This document shows positions 47,886 through 57,794 of a DNA stretch of 59,125 bases, piece by piece. The stretch comes from a virus (lineage: Duplodnaviria; Caudoviricetes). Under the pieces are notes generated by a model. It did not search any database. It was not told the origin of the DNA and saw only the letters and a list, made by a program, of their open reading frames with translations. The position numbers and the translations under genes are program-made. The stretch is taken from the IMG/VR virus record IMGVR_UViG_3300036861_000222, positions 1-59,125 of that record; one strand, given 5' to 3'. Numbering within the stretch: position 1 is the first letter of the stretch; each line of letters begins with the position of its first letter.

Positions 47886-48143
47886 ATGGCAGTCAAGCTC
47901 CACAGTCTCCCTGCTCCAATCCGCAAGGTTCTCGCAGCCGCTGAGCATGAGGCACGCCTTGCCTATGCGGACGCCCTGAACCACGAGACCACCGACTATG
48001 ATGAGGTGTTCTCGCGCGCGCACTTCGTGTACACGGATATGTGCGAGCAGCTCATGGTGTGCTACACGTACGGTTGCTATGAGCGGACCGACCTCGGTCA
48101 GTACTGCGGCGAACACAAGACGCGTGGGGTGCTGGGGCTGTGA
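47886..48143 (+). CDS. Hypothetical protein with C-terminal C-C-C-H finger
   Basis: GAGAGGA RBS. Confidence 0.65.
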   Translation: MAVKLHSLPAPIRKVLAAAEHEARLAYADALNHETTDYDEVFSRAHFVYTDMCEQLMVCYTYGCYERTDLGQYCGEHKTRGVLGL

Positions 48144-48524
48144 ACGGCGTCAGAGCAGGTAGCTGACAACCCCCGCCCGCTAGGGCGGGGGTTCTGGTAT
48201 GCTAGAGCAAGACCAAAGACGAGAGGATCAAAGATGGCACAAACCCGCTGGCACCAAACCACATCGCACGGCAATCGTTGCCGGAAGTGCAACGAGGCAG
48301 CCGCGCAGGCCAAAACGGACGCGATCGTTCGCGGCGTGGATATCGCTACGTTCACCATCACACAGGGATTGCACTCAGCTACTGTCGAACGCTCGGCACA
48401 GAGAGGATAGAACGATGGAGATCTGCGGATACTGCGACAACCACGAGGACGAGTGCACCTGTGCTTACTGCGACGCGTGCGACCGGGAGATGATCTACTG
48501 TGAGTGCGACATCGAAGAGGATGA

Positions 48525-48764
48525 ATGATGGAGCTGGAATGGCGTGAAACTGTCAACGCTGGCGGCGATCCAGTATGGATCGCCTACACCGACAACAAGC
48601 TATACAAACTGGTCATCACTGAAACCAATCCACCCGGATCTCAGGGGCCGTGGTACTGGGGTGAGATCATCTTCAGACCCGACGCCAAGGTAATTACAGA
48701 GACCGCGTACCAATCTCCGAAAACCGGCATGCGCGGCCTGGTTCGCAGGCTCGCGAAGTACTAG
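48525..48764 (+). CDS. Hypothetical protein, paralogue of 50493-50732
   Basis: Shared L.W, Y..VITE, Y.S, GL.RR..KY. Confidence 0.7.
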   Translation: MMELEWRETVNAGGDPVWIAYTDNKLYKLVITETNPPGSQGPWYWGEIIFRPDAKVITETAYQSPKTGMRGLVRRLAKY

Positions 48765-48779
48765 GCGAGAGGACACACG

Positions 48780-49124
48780 ATGGAACCATTCGACATTGCC
48801 GATCTATTCCCACAGCGTGAGGAGCCGATTCCGCGTGCAACCGCTGAGGATGAGCTGTACGTCATCAAGAGCAACCCGGGGCACATCAAGTGGGGCGAAC
48901 CTGACAACAGTTGGCACGGCTATCCCGCCTCGTACCACATTGGGTACCGAACCAAGTGGGGCTCAGTCGCGCTGTGCGGCGTCGGGAACGATGTGATCCC
49001 AACCGGGTGTCGCTGCGCTCCGTGGCACCCGAAGCCGGAACACACAGCGGTTGACTGCCCGGAGTGCTTCACCATTGCGCGGAGCCTCCATGACGAGGGG
49101 AAGTACCCCGATGAGCTGGGCTGA
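48780..49124 (+). CDS. Cys/His-rich hypothetical protein
   Basis: H...ALCG...CPEC; GAGAGGA RBS. Confidence 0.65.
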   Translation: MEPFDIADLFPQREEPIPRATAEDELYVIKSNPGHIKWGEPDNSWHGYPASYHIGYRTKWGSVALCGVGNDVIPTGCRCAPWHPKPEHTAVDCPECFTIARSLHDEGKYPDELG

Positions 49125-50125
49125 TGAGGTGGAAGCCACTCAGGCAGCTATGCAGGGTGACGTGATGCGCCAGACCGGAACAGACTGGCTGTACACCATC
49201 TCCGAGGCTGACCAGTACCGCGCGGATCGCAGGGTGACGAAAGCTCGGAGGAAGATCAACAAGGCGGAACGCAAGTACCTGCGGAGGATGCGAGGACATG
49301 AAGATGGACAAGCCTGACAGCTACGGACCCGAGATCATCATGAGCATTCAAGACAGAAACACGACAGTGTTTACGTGCACTGCCGCTGACTGCGACTGGG
49401 TACGAACCGCGTTGGGCTTCCCTGCCAGTGCCGAACGTGAAGCACTCGAACACCTTCGCGTGTCGCACTCACAGACATGGGACGGAGGTGTGAAGTAGTG
49501 GAACAGACGCACTTCCGGCTCACACTTCTCGATGAGAACGGCGACAAGATCCCCTGCCCTGTGTTCTCCATGCTGGGGAACTGGATGGACGCCGAGATCA
49601 CCAACGTGGAACGCTGGTATCACGTCTCCATCCCTTCCGAACCGATCGACTTGGGGGACTGGGATGGGCAAGCCTGAGAGCGTCAACAAGGCACTCTCCT
49701 GGATCATCTACGGAGCCGTAGCAGCCTCCCTGGCCGCTCCTATGCTGGGCATTGAGAGCAGGTTCGCGTTCGGGCTGGGCCTAGGGCTCCTCGTGTTCGC
49801 GTTCCTTGCGCTTGCACTGGGAGGTGCCTACTTCGCGAAGAGTGGAGCTGACTCCGATGATGATGACGAAGCAGCGGACCACAGCTGAGGCAGGGGGCAA
49901 TATGCAGAACCGCACCTCCAAACCCGAACGCAGAGCAGCGCGGAAGCAGTACCCGAAGGAGTGCCAGCGCCTTGGAACAGGGCAGTCCGCGCGCATCATG
50001 CGCAGCATTACCCCTGACATGCTCCGGCTGTGCTCCGCCATGAATGTTCCCGTATTCGTCCTGGCAGGAGCAGACCCTGGTGCCAACCACTGGTCAGCCT
50101 ACATGGGCTGACCTGCGAAAACACA

Positions 50126-50180
50126 ACTTCAAAGAAATTACCGAACCCCCTTGTCAACCGCGATGAGGGGGTGGTAATGT
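50126..50180 (+). promoter_or_regulatory. Strong promoter with dyad
   Basis: AAAGAAATT, TTGTCA-18 nt-TAATGT. Confidence 0.75.
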
Positions 50181-50241
50181 TGTCTTCAGCAAGGAAGAAC
50201 GGCAACGATCAAAGACCAAAGACGCAAGACAGGAGCACATC

Positions 50242-50439
50242 ATGAACCGTTACATGGTCACCCGACAGCGCAAGAACTGCGGACCCACTCAGGAAATCTT
50301 CGTCAAGACCATCGCCGAAGCGCGCCGCGCCTTCGACATCGCAGTTGAGGCTGGCGACCAGTTCGCAGAGATCTTCGACATGAACATGGACGCGCAGGTG
50401 CTGCTGCACCTCACCCCCGCCACCCACACCCGCTACTAG
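50242..50439 (+). CDS. Hypothetical protein
   Basis: AGGAG RBS. Confidence 0.7.
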   Translation: MNRYMVTRQRKNCGPTQEIFVKTIAEARRAFDIAVEAGDQFAEIFDMNMDAQVLLHLTPATHTRY

Positions 50440-50492
50440 ACGCCATCCGGGCGGGGCTGGAGCCCCGCCCACCAACGATGAGAGGATCTAAG

Positions 50493-50732
50493 ATGCACCT
50501 GACCTGGACAGAGAACACCGACGCCCACGGGCAGACCTACTGGGCCTGCGAAGTCCGCGCTTACCGATTCGTGATCACCGAGATCAGGAGCATGTTCGCC
50601 GGTACCACGTACTACGGCCGGTTGATCCATAATCTTGAATCCGGTCCGTTCGTGCTGGAATCGGCCGAGTACAAGTCCGAGCGCAGCGCCAAGTCTGGGC
50701 TCAAGCGTCGAGCCGTAAAGTACGGCATCTGA
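50493..50732 (+). CDS. Hypothetical protein, paralogue of 48525-48764
   Basis: GAGAGGA RBS; shared motif pattern. Confidence 0.7.
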   Translation: MHLTWTENTDAHGQTYWACEVRAYRFVITEIRSMFAGTTYYGRLIHNLESGPFVLESAEYKSERSAKSGLKRRAVKYGI

Positions 50733-50745
50733 GAGGATCGAAGAC

Positions 50746-50928
50746 ATGACGAAAGAGTTCGCACTCGGGCAAACCGTGGAAGTCATCACGCTGACGGGCC
50801 ACGTCAAGCGCGACTGCGAGATCGTGAAGGTTCACCCCGGGAACCGATACACCGCCAAGCACAAGCATTCCGATTGGACCATGCTCAACACGGGCACCGA
50901 GCGCATCTTCGCGCAGGACGAGGAGTAG
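50746..50928 (+). CDS. Small SH3/Tudor-like protein
   Basis: F..GQ.V.V...G....IV.V....Y. Confidence 0.6.
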   Translation: MTKEFALGQTVEVITLTGHVKRDCEIVKVHPGNRYTAKHKHSDWTMLNTGTERIFAQDEE

Positions 50929-50961
50929 CCGAAAAGAATCTGAGAAAGTTGCCCCACCAGC

Positions 50962-50991
50962 TTGCGCCCCTGTGCAGGCGGGTGTTAGGCT
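50962..50991 (+). promoter_or_regulatory. Promoter
   Basis: TTGCGC-18 nt-TAGGCT. Confidence 0.7.
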
Positions 50992-51272
50992 TTGGGTACA
51001 ACGATGAACGACAACGATAAAGGATGGATGCCATGATTGAGCACACCTTCAAGTCCGAACGTGAGGCACACGCAGCCCGGCGCGAGATGATCGCAGAGGG
51101 GAAGGAAGTTAGCCTCATCGGATACGACACTGAGCGTGAGGTGTATGCGTTCGATAGCTACGCGTAACTGAGCGCCCCGCTCCGGCGGGGCTTTTCTCGG
51201 CTGGGATATGTAAGCGTTTGCTGTGACACTGATGCTTCTCTGAGAAAAATATTAAAAAACTTGGGGTATGGG

Positions 51273-51301
51273 TTGCGGCGCTCCTGATGGGGTGTTAGGC
51301 T
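51273..51301 (+). promoter_or_regulatory. Promoter with A-tract UP-like element
   Basis: TTGCGG-17 nt-TAGGCT. Confidence 0.7.
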
Positions 51302-51328
51302 TCAGGGACAAGGACGACAAGACAAAGG

Positions 51329-51604
51329 ATGAAGACGATGAAGAAGCTCACCCAGGCCCAGGAAAAAGCACTCCAGACCATCACCGAGAACCCTGGCAAG
51401 GTCGCCAACAACTGGAACCTGGCCTCTGATGACCTCCTGTACATCCGCTCCACCACGGCGGTGGCGCTCGCAAAGGCCGGACTGATCGAAGGCGTCAAGA
51501 CGGACCAGATCAAGACCTACACCTACCCCACCGGACACAACGTGAGCGTTGACATAATCACCTGGGAGCTGACTGGCAAGGGACGCGAATACCTGGGGAT
51601 CTGA
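51329..51604 (+). CDS. Winged-helix-like protein
   Basis: LT.AQ..AL, T..AL...GLI, LT.KG. Confidence 0.65.
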   Translation: MKTMKKLTQAQEKALQTITENPGKVANNWNLASDDLLYIRSTTAVALAKAGLIEGVKTDQIKTYTYPTGHNVSVDIITWELTGKGREYLGI

Positions 51605-51804
51605 GAGGGGCCGCCGAGAGGCGGCTTTTCTCGCGGCAAGTAGGTAAGCGTTTGCCGATCGAAGTTGGGAGCGGGGGCGACGGTTGTTTGGTCCCCCGGC
51701 CGCCCTCCGCCGAAATTCGGACAAAACCCCCGAGGCAGGGGGTGCCTGGTCCGCCTGCATTCATTGTGTGCTAGACTGGACAACAACGACGAAAGGACGC
51801 AACG

Positions 51805-51975
51805 ATGGCAAAGATCTCCAAGCAATCCGCTCAGAACGCCAAAGACAAGGCACGTCAGGAGAAACAGGAGATCATGCGCAAGGCGGGGAAGAACTTCACT
51901 GCCAAGCAGAAAGAGCAGATGGCGGCCCTGAACGACGTGATCCGCGCGGCTGACAAGATCATCGACAAGGAATAG
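51805..51975 (+). CDS. Small basic helical protein
   Basis: TGcTAGACT -10, AAAGGA RBS. Confidence 0.6.
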   Translation: MAKISKQSAQNAKDKARQEKQEIMRKAGKNFTAKQKEQMAALNDVIRAADKIIDKE

Positions 51976-51980
51976 GACAC

Positions 51981-52169
51981 ATGGGCAAAAAGGAATCCGA
52001 GTTCGACAAGGTACGTAAGGGCATCATCAACCAGCGAGGCCCCTCGCAGGCCGAACGTGAGGAAGCAAGACGACGTAAGGAGCAAGCGGAAGAGCAGGTC
52101 AAGCGTCAGAAGGAACACGCTGAACGTGTGCGTCGGGCCGAGGAGCGGCGACGCCGCAATCAGGCTTGA
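51981..52169 (+). CDS. Small charged helical protein
   Basis: AGGA RBS; terminator 52187-52213. Confidence 0.6.
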   Translation: MGKKESEFDKVRKGIINQRGPSQAEREEARRRKEQAEEQVKRQKEHAERVRRAEERRRRNQA

Positions 52170-52515
52170 TCAATAGCCAGTACACGAGGACCCCGCAGCA
52201 ATGCGGGGTCCTTTGGCGTTTCCTGGCCCTGAGAGCAACGCTGACAGCCTCCCATAGCGAACCCCTACACGGGTAAGGGTATCGGCCTGTAAGGGCGTCA
52301 CAGAGCCACTAGGGCCCTCAAACAACGTCTTGCGTCTTGGATCTGTACCCGCGCTGGCAATCTCGTTATCGTATCGTGACCATATCGCCCGTGGGATATC
52401 CCTGACCTGCGCACATACAAGTCAGCGACGTACAACCTCGGGAACGGGAATAGCTCACGAGAATTGGGGTTCCCACAAGCTACCAACCAGTAGCCAGAAC
52501 TTGAGTCCCCCAGGC

Positions 52516-53040
52516 TCAACCTTCAATCATGGGATGACGGGGCACGCCATGGCCGACGCTTGCGTGCCGCTCGTTCAACTCCCGGCCGACCTCCGCCAGC
52601 GCGATCCGCAGCTCCTCGGTTGCGTCCAGCCATTGCTCAGGGCTCAATTGCGCGGCCTGTAGCGCCCTCTGGAGCACGTTCGCGATCATCTGCGCCTCAG
52701 CCTGCACACTCTCGATGTAGCGCTCTGAGAGGCCCGCTGAGACGGCCGCACGGGCTACCTGCGCGCCGTGTGCCCGCTCCTCCCGGCTGAGCTTGATCCA
52801 CTCCCGCAGCTCACGGCCCTGCGCCATCCTCATCCGCTCGTACTTGTCCGCGTCATCCCATTCGGCCGCCCTGTTGCCCAACTCGCGGTCATGCTGCGTC
52901 TCCACCTCGACTCGCTGGTCGACCCACTGCGACCGGTACGCGCTCCTGCGCACCTCCGCCAGCAGGAAGTCCCAAGGCGAAACATTCGCCTCCCCCGAGA
53001 ACGGGATCTCAGCCTTCCGCTCGTCCTTCGTCATCCCCAT
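52516..53040 (-). CDS. Putative terminase small subunit
   Basis: V.P...LL.EV.R.A, ER......A..A...G..ER, A..IA..L..AL pattern of actinophage TerS-like proteins. Confidence 0.55.
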   Translation of the reverse strand: MGMTKDERKAEIPFSGEANVSPWDFLLAEVRRSAYRSQWVDQRVEVETQHDRELGNRAAEWDDADKYERMRMAQGRELREWIKLSREERAHGAQVARAAVSAGLSERYIESVQAEAQMIANVLQRALQAAQLSPEQWLDATEELRIALAEVGRELNERHASVGHGVPRHPMIEG

Positions 53041-53059
53041 CGGCCATCACTTTCTGTTA

Positions 53060-53466
53060 CCTGTCCGGGATCCCCACCTGTCTGGGGTGTCCGGGATCTT
53101 TTGCATTGCAGCTCTAGCATTTCATATTCTAACAGTACAAGCGTTATATTTAGCTTCTCATAGCAATTATCTAAAAAGTATCCCAGACATCCCGGACAGC
53201 TAGAAAAGAAGACCAGGTCACAGCCATAATCGATCCCAGACACCATCCCAGACACCATCCCGTGCACCACCCCCTCAGATCCCGGACAGTGATAACGAAT
53301 CGATAAACCCCTGTAATCGCCTCACTACGCTCTGCTACCTGTCCGGGATACCTGTCCGGGATGTATCCCGGACAGGCCGGACAGGGAAAAGCCCCGATTT
53401 TCGTCACTCTCAGTAACAAAAACCGGGGCCTGTCCGGGATGCACGGGGTCCTACGCGACCCGGACA
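53060..53466. repeat. Iteron array (TGTCCGGGAT/ATCCCGGACA) around an AT-rich core; putative replication origin
   Basis: More than a dozen 10-bp copies in both orientations flanking AT-rich 53098-53179, at the 3' end of the helicase gene. Confidence 0.75.
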
Positions 53467-55163
53467 CCCTTCACGATCGGGGTCCGACCCTGTGACGGGG
53501 GAAGCTTTGCGTCCGTATTGACCTGTCCGGCGAACGCCGCTTTGAGGTCTCGGAAGAACACGTTCTTCCCTTTTACACCGAATCCCGCATCGGTCGTCCA
53601 CATGACGTACATGTCGTACAACGCGGTTTTCAGCGTGTAGGCGTCAGCCTCGAACTCCAGACAGTCCTGCGCGAACGCGATCACGGGCGACCCTGCCCGC
53701 TCCGCGTCACGCATGGCGCCCTGCACGGCCGTTCCCGTCGTGAACCTCCCGCCCTGACCCCAGAGGCGGTCAGCGCCCTCCATGGCCCATCTGAGCACTC
53801 CCGGCAGCTCAGATCCGAGCTTCGCCTTCAGCCCCAGATCCTCTCTGCCGAAGAACGACGCCTCAGTTGTCAGCGGTATCAGGCGCGAGGCAAGCGCCCC
53901 GGTGGTGTCGCGCAGGTCTGGAAGGTCGTTGGAGAGGATCACGATCCGGGCGTCCAGCTTGGCGACGATGGGCGACTGGTGCTTGCGGTCAATCGTGATC
54001 GGGTCCTCGCCCGAGATCATGAGCAACCGCTCCACAATGGCCGGATCAGACTTGGCGATGCGGGCGTCGCCGATGATGGCCAGCCGCTTGCCGAGCATGC
54101 CCGCCAGGCCGAAGTTGGTTGCCAGCGACGCCATGGTCGGGTGGTCGACCTGGCGGGATCCGCCGAGCAGCTGCTCCATCACCCAGGACACCGTTCCCTT
54201 GCCTGAGCGCTTGGGACCGATGAGGGTAAGCATCTTCTGAAGCGAGGTGTCCCCCGTCAACACATAGCCGAACCATTCCTGCAACAACGCCTGCGAGTCC
54301 CCGTCGCCGGGCCACAGCTCTTCGAGGAACTGCATCCATCGGCCACATCGCGCCCCCGGCTCCCACGCCACGGCCACGGCGGTGTCGGTGAAGAACTCAG
54401 GCGTATGCGGCAGGAGTGTGCGCTCACGCTCTCGCTCCAGACCAGCGCCCACGCCCACGTCCGCGCTCGCCGCCCTGGGCGACCACAGCAGCCCGTTAGC
54501 CACACAGGTCACCTCAGCCCCAGGCGTTCCCTTCTCGCGCTCATCCCAGTCCACGAGCCACGTCCCAGCGGACATGCTCTCGCTGGGCCGCGACTGCGCG
54601 GCCATCGCCTCCACGACTTCGGTCACACTCGTCCGGCTCGGAGCCCAATCCCGGACATCTACGGTGTCCTTTGTGGTCACTGTGTACTTGGCGTCCGAGA
54701 GCACGCTCCGCACCGAGTCGGCAACGGCGTACCGGTTGTCAGCACCCGTCAGGCGCTGGTATGCACCTCCGGTCCTGGCGCCCCTCCATAGATACCAGTC
54801 ATCCCGCCAGTGTTTGAGATGGACGCCTTCGCGTGCGTACAGGTACAGCAGGAACCGCGCTACCGCGTCGGGCTGCCTCGGCCCGGGAACCGGGCCCTCT
54901 GATACGGGCAGCGCGGAGGGGAGCAGGCGGAAGTGATCGTCAACGGCGATCACCTGCGTTGCCACGTCTTCGGCAGCTGTTTCGGTGCCCGACGCGCCAT
55001 CCGAGCCATTCGCGGCGTCTGCACCGCCTACCTTCGGCGCAGGCGGCGTCAGGCCTCCCAGGATCATGCTCCGCATGTCCAGGTCTACATGCCCGTTCGT
55101 GCCGTTCATTGTCTTTGCGTCGTTGCTGTCGTGATCGTGCTGGGGATCGGTTGCAGCGTCCAT
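53451..55163 (-). CDS. P4/D5-family SF3 helicase
   Basis: NGLL, LQEWFGY.L, GPKRSGKGT, ISGED.I.IDRK, SNDLP, C-terminal wHTH. Confidence 0.92.
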   Translation of the reverse strand: MDAATDPQHDHDSNDAKTMNGTNGHVDLDMRSMILGGLTPPAPKVGGADAANGSDGASGTETAAEDVATQVIAVDDHFRLLPSALPVSEGPVPGPRQPDAVARFLLYLYAREGVHLKHWRDDWYLWRGARTGGAYQRLTGADNRYAVADSVRSVLSDAKYTVTTKDTVDVRDWAPSRTSVTEVVEAMAAQSRPSESMSAGTWLVDWDEREKGTPGAEVTCVANGLLWSPRAASADVGVGAGLERERERTLLPHTPEFFTDTAVAVAWEPGARCGRWMQFLEELWPGDGDSQALLQEWFGYVLTGDTSLQKMLTLIGPKRSGKGTVSWVMEQLLGGSRQVDHPTMASLATNFGLAGMLGKRLAIIGDARIAKSDPAIVERLLMISGEDPITIDRKHQSPIVAKLDARIVILSNDLPDLRDTTGALASRLIPLTTEASFFGREDLGLKAKLGSELPGVLRWAMEGADRLWGQGGRFTTGTAVQGAMRDAERAGSPVIAFAQDCLEFEADAYTLKTALYDMYVMWTTDAGFGVKGKNVFFRDLKAAFAGQVNTDAKLPPSQGRTPIVKGVRVA

Positions 55164-55302
55164 GTTATGGTTCTCCTATCTTCAGTCGAATGATGATCGG
55201 GGCGCTTCCTTCGGGAAGCGCCCCGCTGGCGTCAGGAGCCGATATCGCCCGGCGTATGCGGTTGTGTGACCCGGCTCGCTGTCGATGCCGGGTTCCCATA
55301 CC

Positions 55303-56175
55303 CTACGTCTGCCCCATGGCGGCCTGTCCGGCATTCCAGCCTGATTCGAACGTGCGACGCTCCCGCGCCTCGTCCCCGCCTCCGATGCGCGCCATAACAG
55401 CCCAGACCTGCGCCCAGGCGTCGTCTTTCGTCATCTGTCCTGATATGCCGAGCTGGTAGGACACCTTGTTGAGCATGTCGTTCCGGCCGCCTTCGGGTGC
55501 GCGGCCCAGCTGTGCGAGGGCCCTGCGATCACGCCAGGCCGACCACTCGGGGTCATACCGGTCACCAGGCTCCGTCAGCGGCACGGGGCGTTTCCTGGTG
55601 AGTTCTACCAGCCATGCGGGAGCCTCCGTGATGCCCACGCGGCGGATGCCCTCCGGGCCGCGCGGGATCACCTGGTAACCGTCCCAGCCAGGGGCGCGGA
55701 CCAGGCCGCGTTCAGCCCTGACATCCAGTCCGGGCCCGAGGCGGTTGTTCGCACCTGTCGAGTTTCGCACGCCCTCAGTCCAGCGAAAGTAGAGGTGCGC
55801 ACCCCCCGAAGGGGTAGCGACGCCCATCGTTCGGGTGAAATCCTCGGGATCGTATTCGTGCCGGGAGCACAAGCGCCGCAACGTGTCGAAGCCGTTGACA
55901 CCGTGCTTGACGTCGATATCGAGCACCCAGATACCCGAACCGGGCCCGCAGGCGATACCGACCCCGTAGCCGGAGTACTCGCCCCCGGTCCACCAGTCTT
56001 CAACCTGTGTTCGGTCGGTGGTGGCCAGCTCGGGCCATGCTTTGAGCGCGGGCGTTCCGGCTTGTGGCACCAGGGGGAACACCCGCAGCCCCAGACACGT
56101 ACACACGTACGCAGCTGCTCCGGGTGTTCTGGCCTGCCCACCCGCAGCGGTAGCGCTGAACTTGACAGTAGCCAT
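55303..56175 (-). CDS. Bifunctional primase-polymerase (Prim-Pol)
   Basis: VFPL, GIACG...SG..VLDID.K, TPSGG.HLYF, LDVR, G.RN..L. Confidence 0.92.
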   Translation of the reverse strand: MATVKFSATAAGGQARTPGAAAYVCTCLGLRVFPLVPQAGTPALKAWPELATTDRTQVEDWWTGGEYSGYGVGIACGPGSGIWVLDIDVKHGVNGFDTLRRLCSRHEYDPEDFTRTMGVATPSGGAHLYFRWTEGVRNSTGANNRLGPGLDVRAERGLVRAPGWDGYQVIPRGPEGIRRVGITEAPAWLVELTRKRPVPLTEPGDRYDPEWSAWRDRRALAQLGRAPEGGRNDMLNKVSYQLGISGQMTKDDAWAQVWAVMARIGGGDEARERRTFESGWNAGQAAMGQT

Positions 56176-56379
56176 GTGTCATCCTCTCATCGTGTGTCGT
56201 ACCCACATCCTAGCGCATGTGGTAGTGTTGTGACAGCGCGGCTCAACCGCACTTGTCACAGCCAAATCTATCTATGATTCGGTTCGCTGCCAGCTGGTAT
56301 CGACGGGGCCGCGCTCCACACACAGTAAGTAAGCATGCATGTACTAGACGAACGATCAATGATGAGAGGAATACACAGC

Positions 56380-56967
56380 ATGGACCATAACGAAGCACTA
56401 GAGGTCATCAAAGAGTCGCTGAAGCCCTTCGACATCCTCTCTGAGGCGTTTGCGGATTTTGCACTGGACGAGTGCGAGGAGTTTGACCGCATTCAGGACC
56501 GGACTGAGATCAACGTGATGGCCTCAGGCCAGGTGTCGCGGGTGGTCGTGCTCGGCTTCGCCTCCTCGTTCAAGGATCAGAGTCACACGGGCCATCGCCC
56601 GGGAACCGCTCCGCTCAAGGGACGGCCGTGCCCCGCCTGCCGCTGGGCTGATGTCGCAGTACTGAAGACGATCACCGACGATCCCCAGCGCGAGCCGGTC
56701 TCCTACGTCCTAGTCCTCATGGGTAAGTCGGAGGTCCCAGACGAAGAGCACCGCATCAAGACTGTGTGGTCGGATGATCCTGAGGAGATCTTGCGCGGCA
56801 TGGTAGTGAACAACCACAACACGGGTGCCAAACGGAAGATCCCGTTCACGAACGCCACGGCGTTCAGGGAGGCTGCACGGGTCGATACAGGCATTGCGGC
56901 CGTCTGCGAGCAGTACGACGAAGTACTGCCGCGTCCTTCCGAGCCTGGTTCATATCTGGGACTCTGA
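56380..56967 (+). CDS. Hypothetical protein (C..CRW motif)
   Basis: GAGAGGA RBS. Confidence 0.7.
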   Translation: MDHNEALEVIKESLKPFDILSEAFADFALDECEEFDRIQDRTEINVMASGQVSRVVVLGFASSFKDQSHTGHRPGTAPLKGRPCPACRWADVAVLKTITDDPQREPVSYVLVLMGKSEVPDEEHRIKTVWSDDPEEILRGMVVNNHNTGAKRKIPFTNATAFREAARVDTGIAAVCEQYDEVLPRPSEPGSYLGL

Positions 56968-57143
56968 GTACAGCGACCCCGCATTGCATGAAAGGGGACG
57001 CTGTGATAGGTTCAGGAGGTCCCAACGCACAAGACCCTCGCGCGGGTCTTGGGATCAGGCGTTTCAGACAACGCCGGGGTCGGGTGAACAGGGGTGAACA
57101 CCCGACCCTCATACGCCACTGAAGATCAAAGATGAGAGGACAC

Positions 57144-57506
57144 ATGATGTACGGAGAATCCGACAACCAGCACTACCACAACACCGCCCAGGGACTCATT
57201 CACCTGTCCGAGTTCCTGAACAACCGGTTCATGCAGGCGCCGCTGAACGTCGCCAGCCGCGTGGAGGTGAACTACTCCATCCTTCAGAGCGATCCCGAGG
57301 ACGCGCGCCAGGAGTTCGCGGAGTGGAGCAAGTACCTCCGGGAGTGCGACGGGTCGTATTGGGGCGCTAAGTTCGTGGAAACCCGCCGCGTCTACGCGGA
57401 CAACCCTACAACCCACCACGTGGCTGAACTCCAGTTCGCGGACAACCATGTGGCCTACCGCGTGGTGTGGATCGAGCGAAAGGCGCAGGCCGATGAACAG
57501 TACTGA
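57144..57506 (+). CDS. Hypothetical protein
   Basis: GAGAGGA RBS. Confidence 0.7.
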   Translation: MMYGESDNQHYHNTAQGLIHLSEFLNNRFMQAPLNVASRVEVNYSILQSDPEDARQEFAEWSKYLRECDGSYWGAKFVETRRVYADNPTTHHVAELQFADNHVAYRVVWIERKAQADEQY

Positions 57507-57687
57507 ACGCACGATCATGATCATCAAGATTGAAGTACTGAAAGAGGCTGTAGAAGCCTTGGCAGAACTCGAATCCGAACGTGCCAAGGTGTCTAGTGTC
57601 TCCTCGCAGCGAAGCCGATTCGGTATCAAGGACTCGATTCAGCAGCTAAACGAGATCATCGACGCGTGCCAATCACGGATGGAATGA
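57493..57687 (+). CDS. Small coiled-coil protein
   Basis: Overlap coupling. Confidence 0.55.
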   Translation: MNSTERTIMIIKIEVLKEAVEALAELESERAKVSSVSSQRSRFGIKDSIQQLNEIIDACQSRME

Positions 57688-57794
57688 CTGCCTCTCCAAA
57701 AACGAGTACGAAAACCTCAGGATTGGTGACGAGTTCACCAAAGGGAATTTAGGGGATATTTATCCCGAGATTGCTGATAGAGGACGCACACAAT

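Larger units (their letters stand above)
43216..52169 (+). other. Island of 30 or more small co-oriented genes (probable early/host-takeover region)
   Basis: Short ORFs with GAGAGGA/AAAGGA RBSs, repeated promoters and terminators. Confidence 0.8.
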
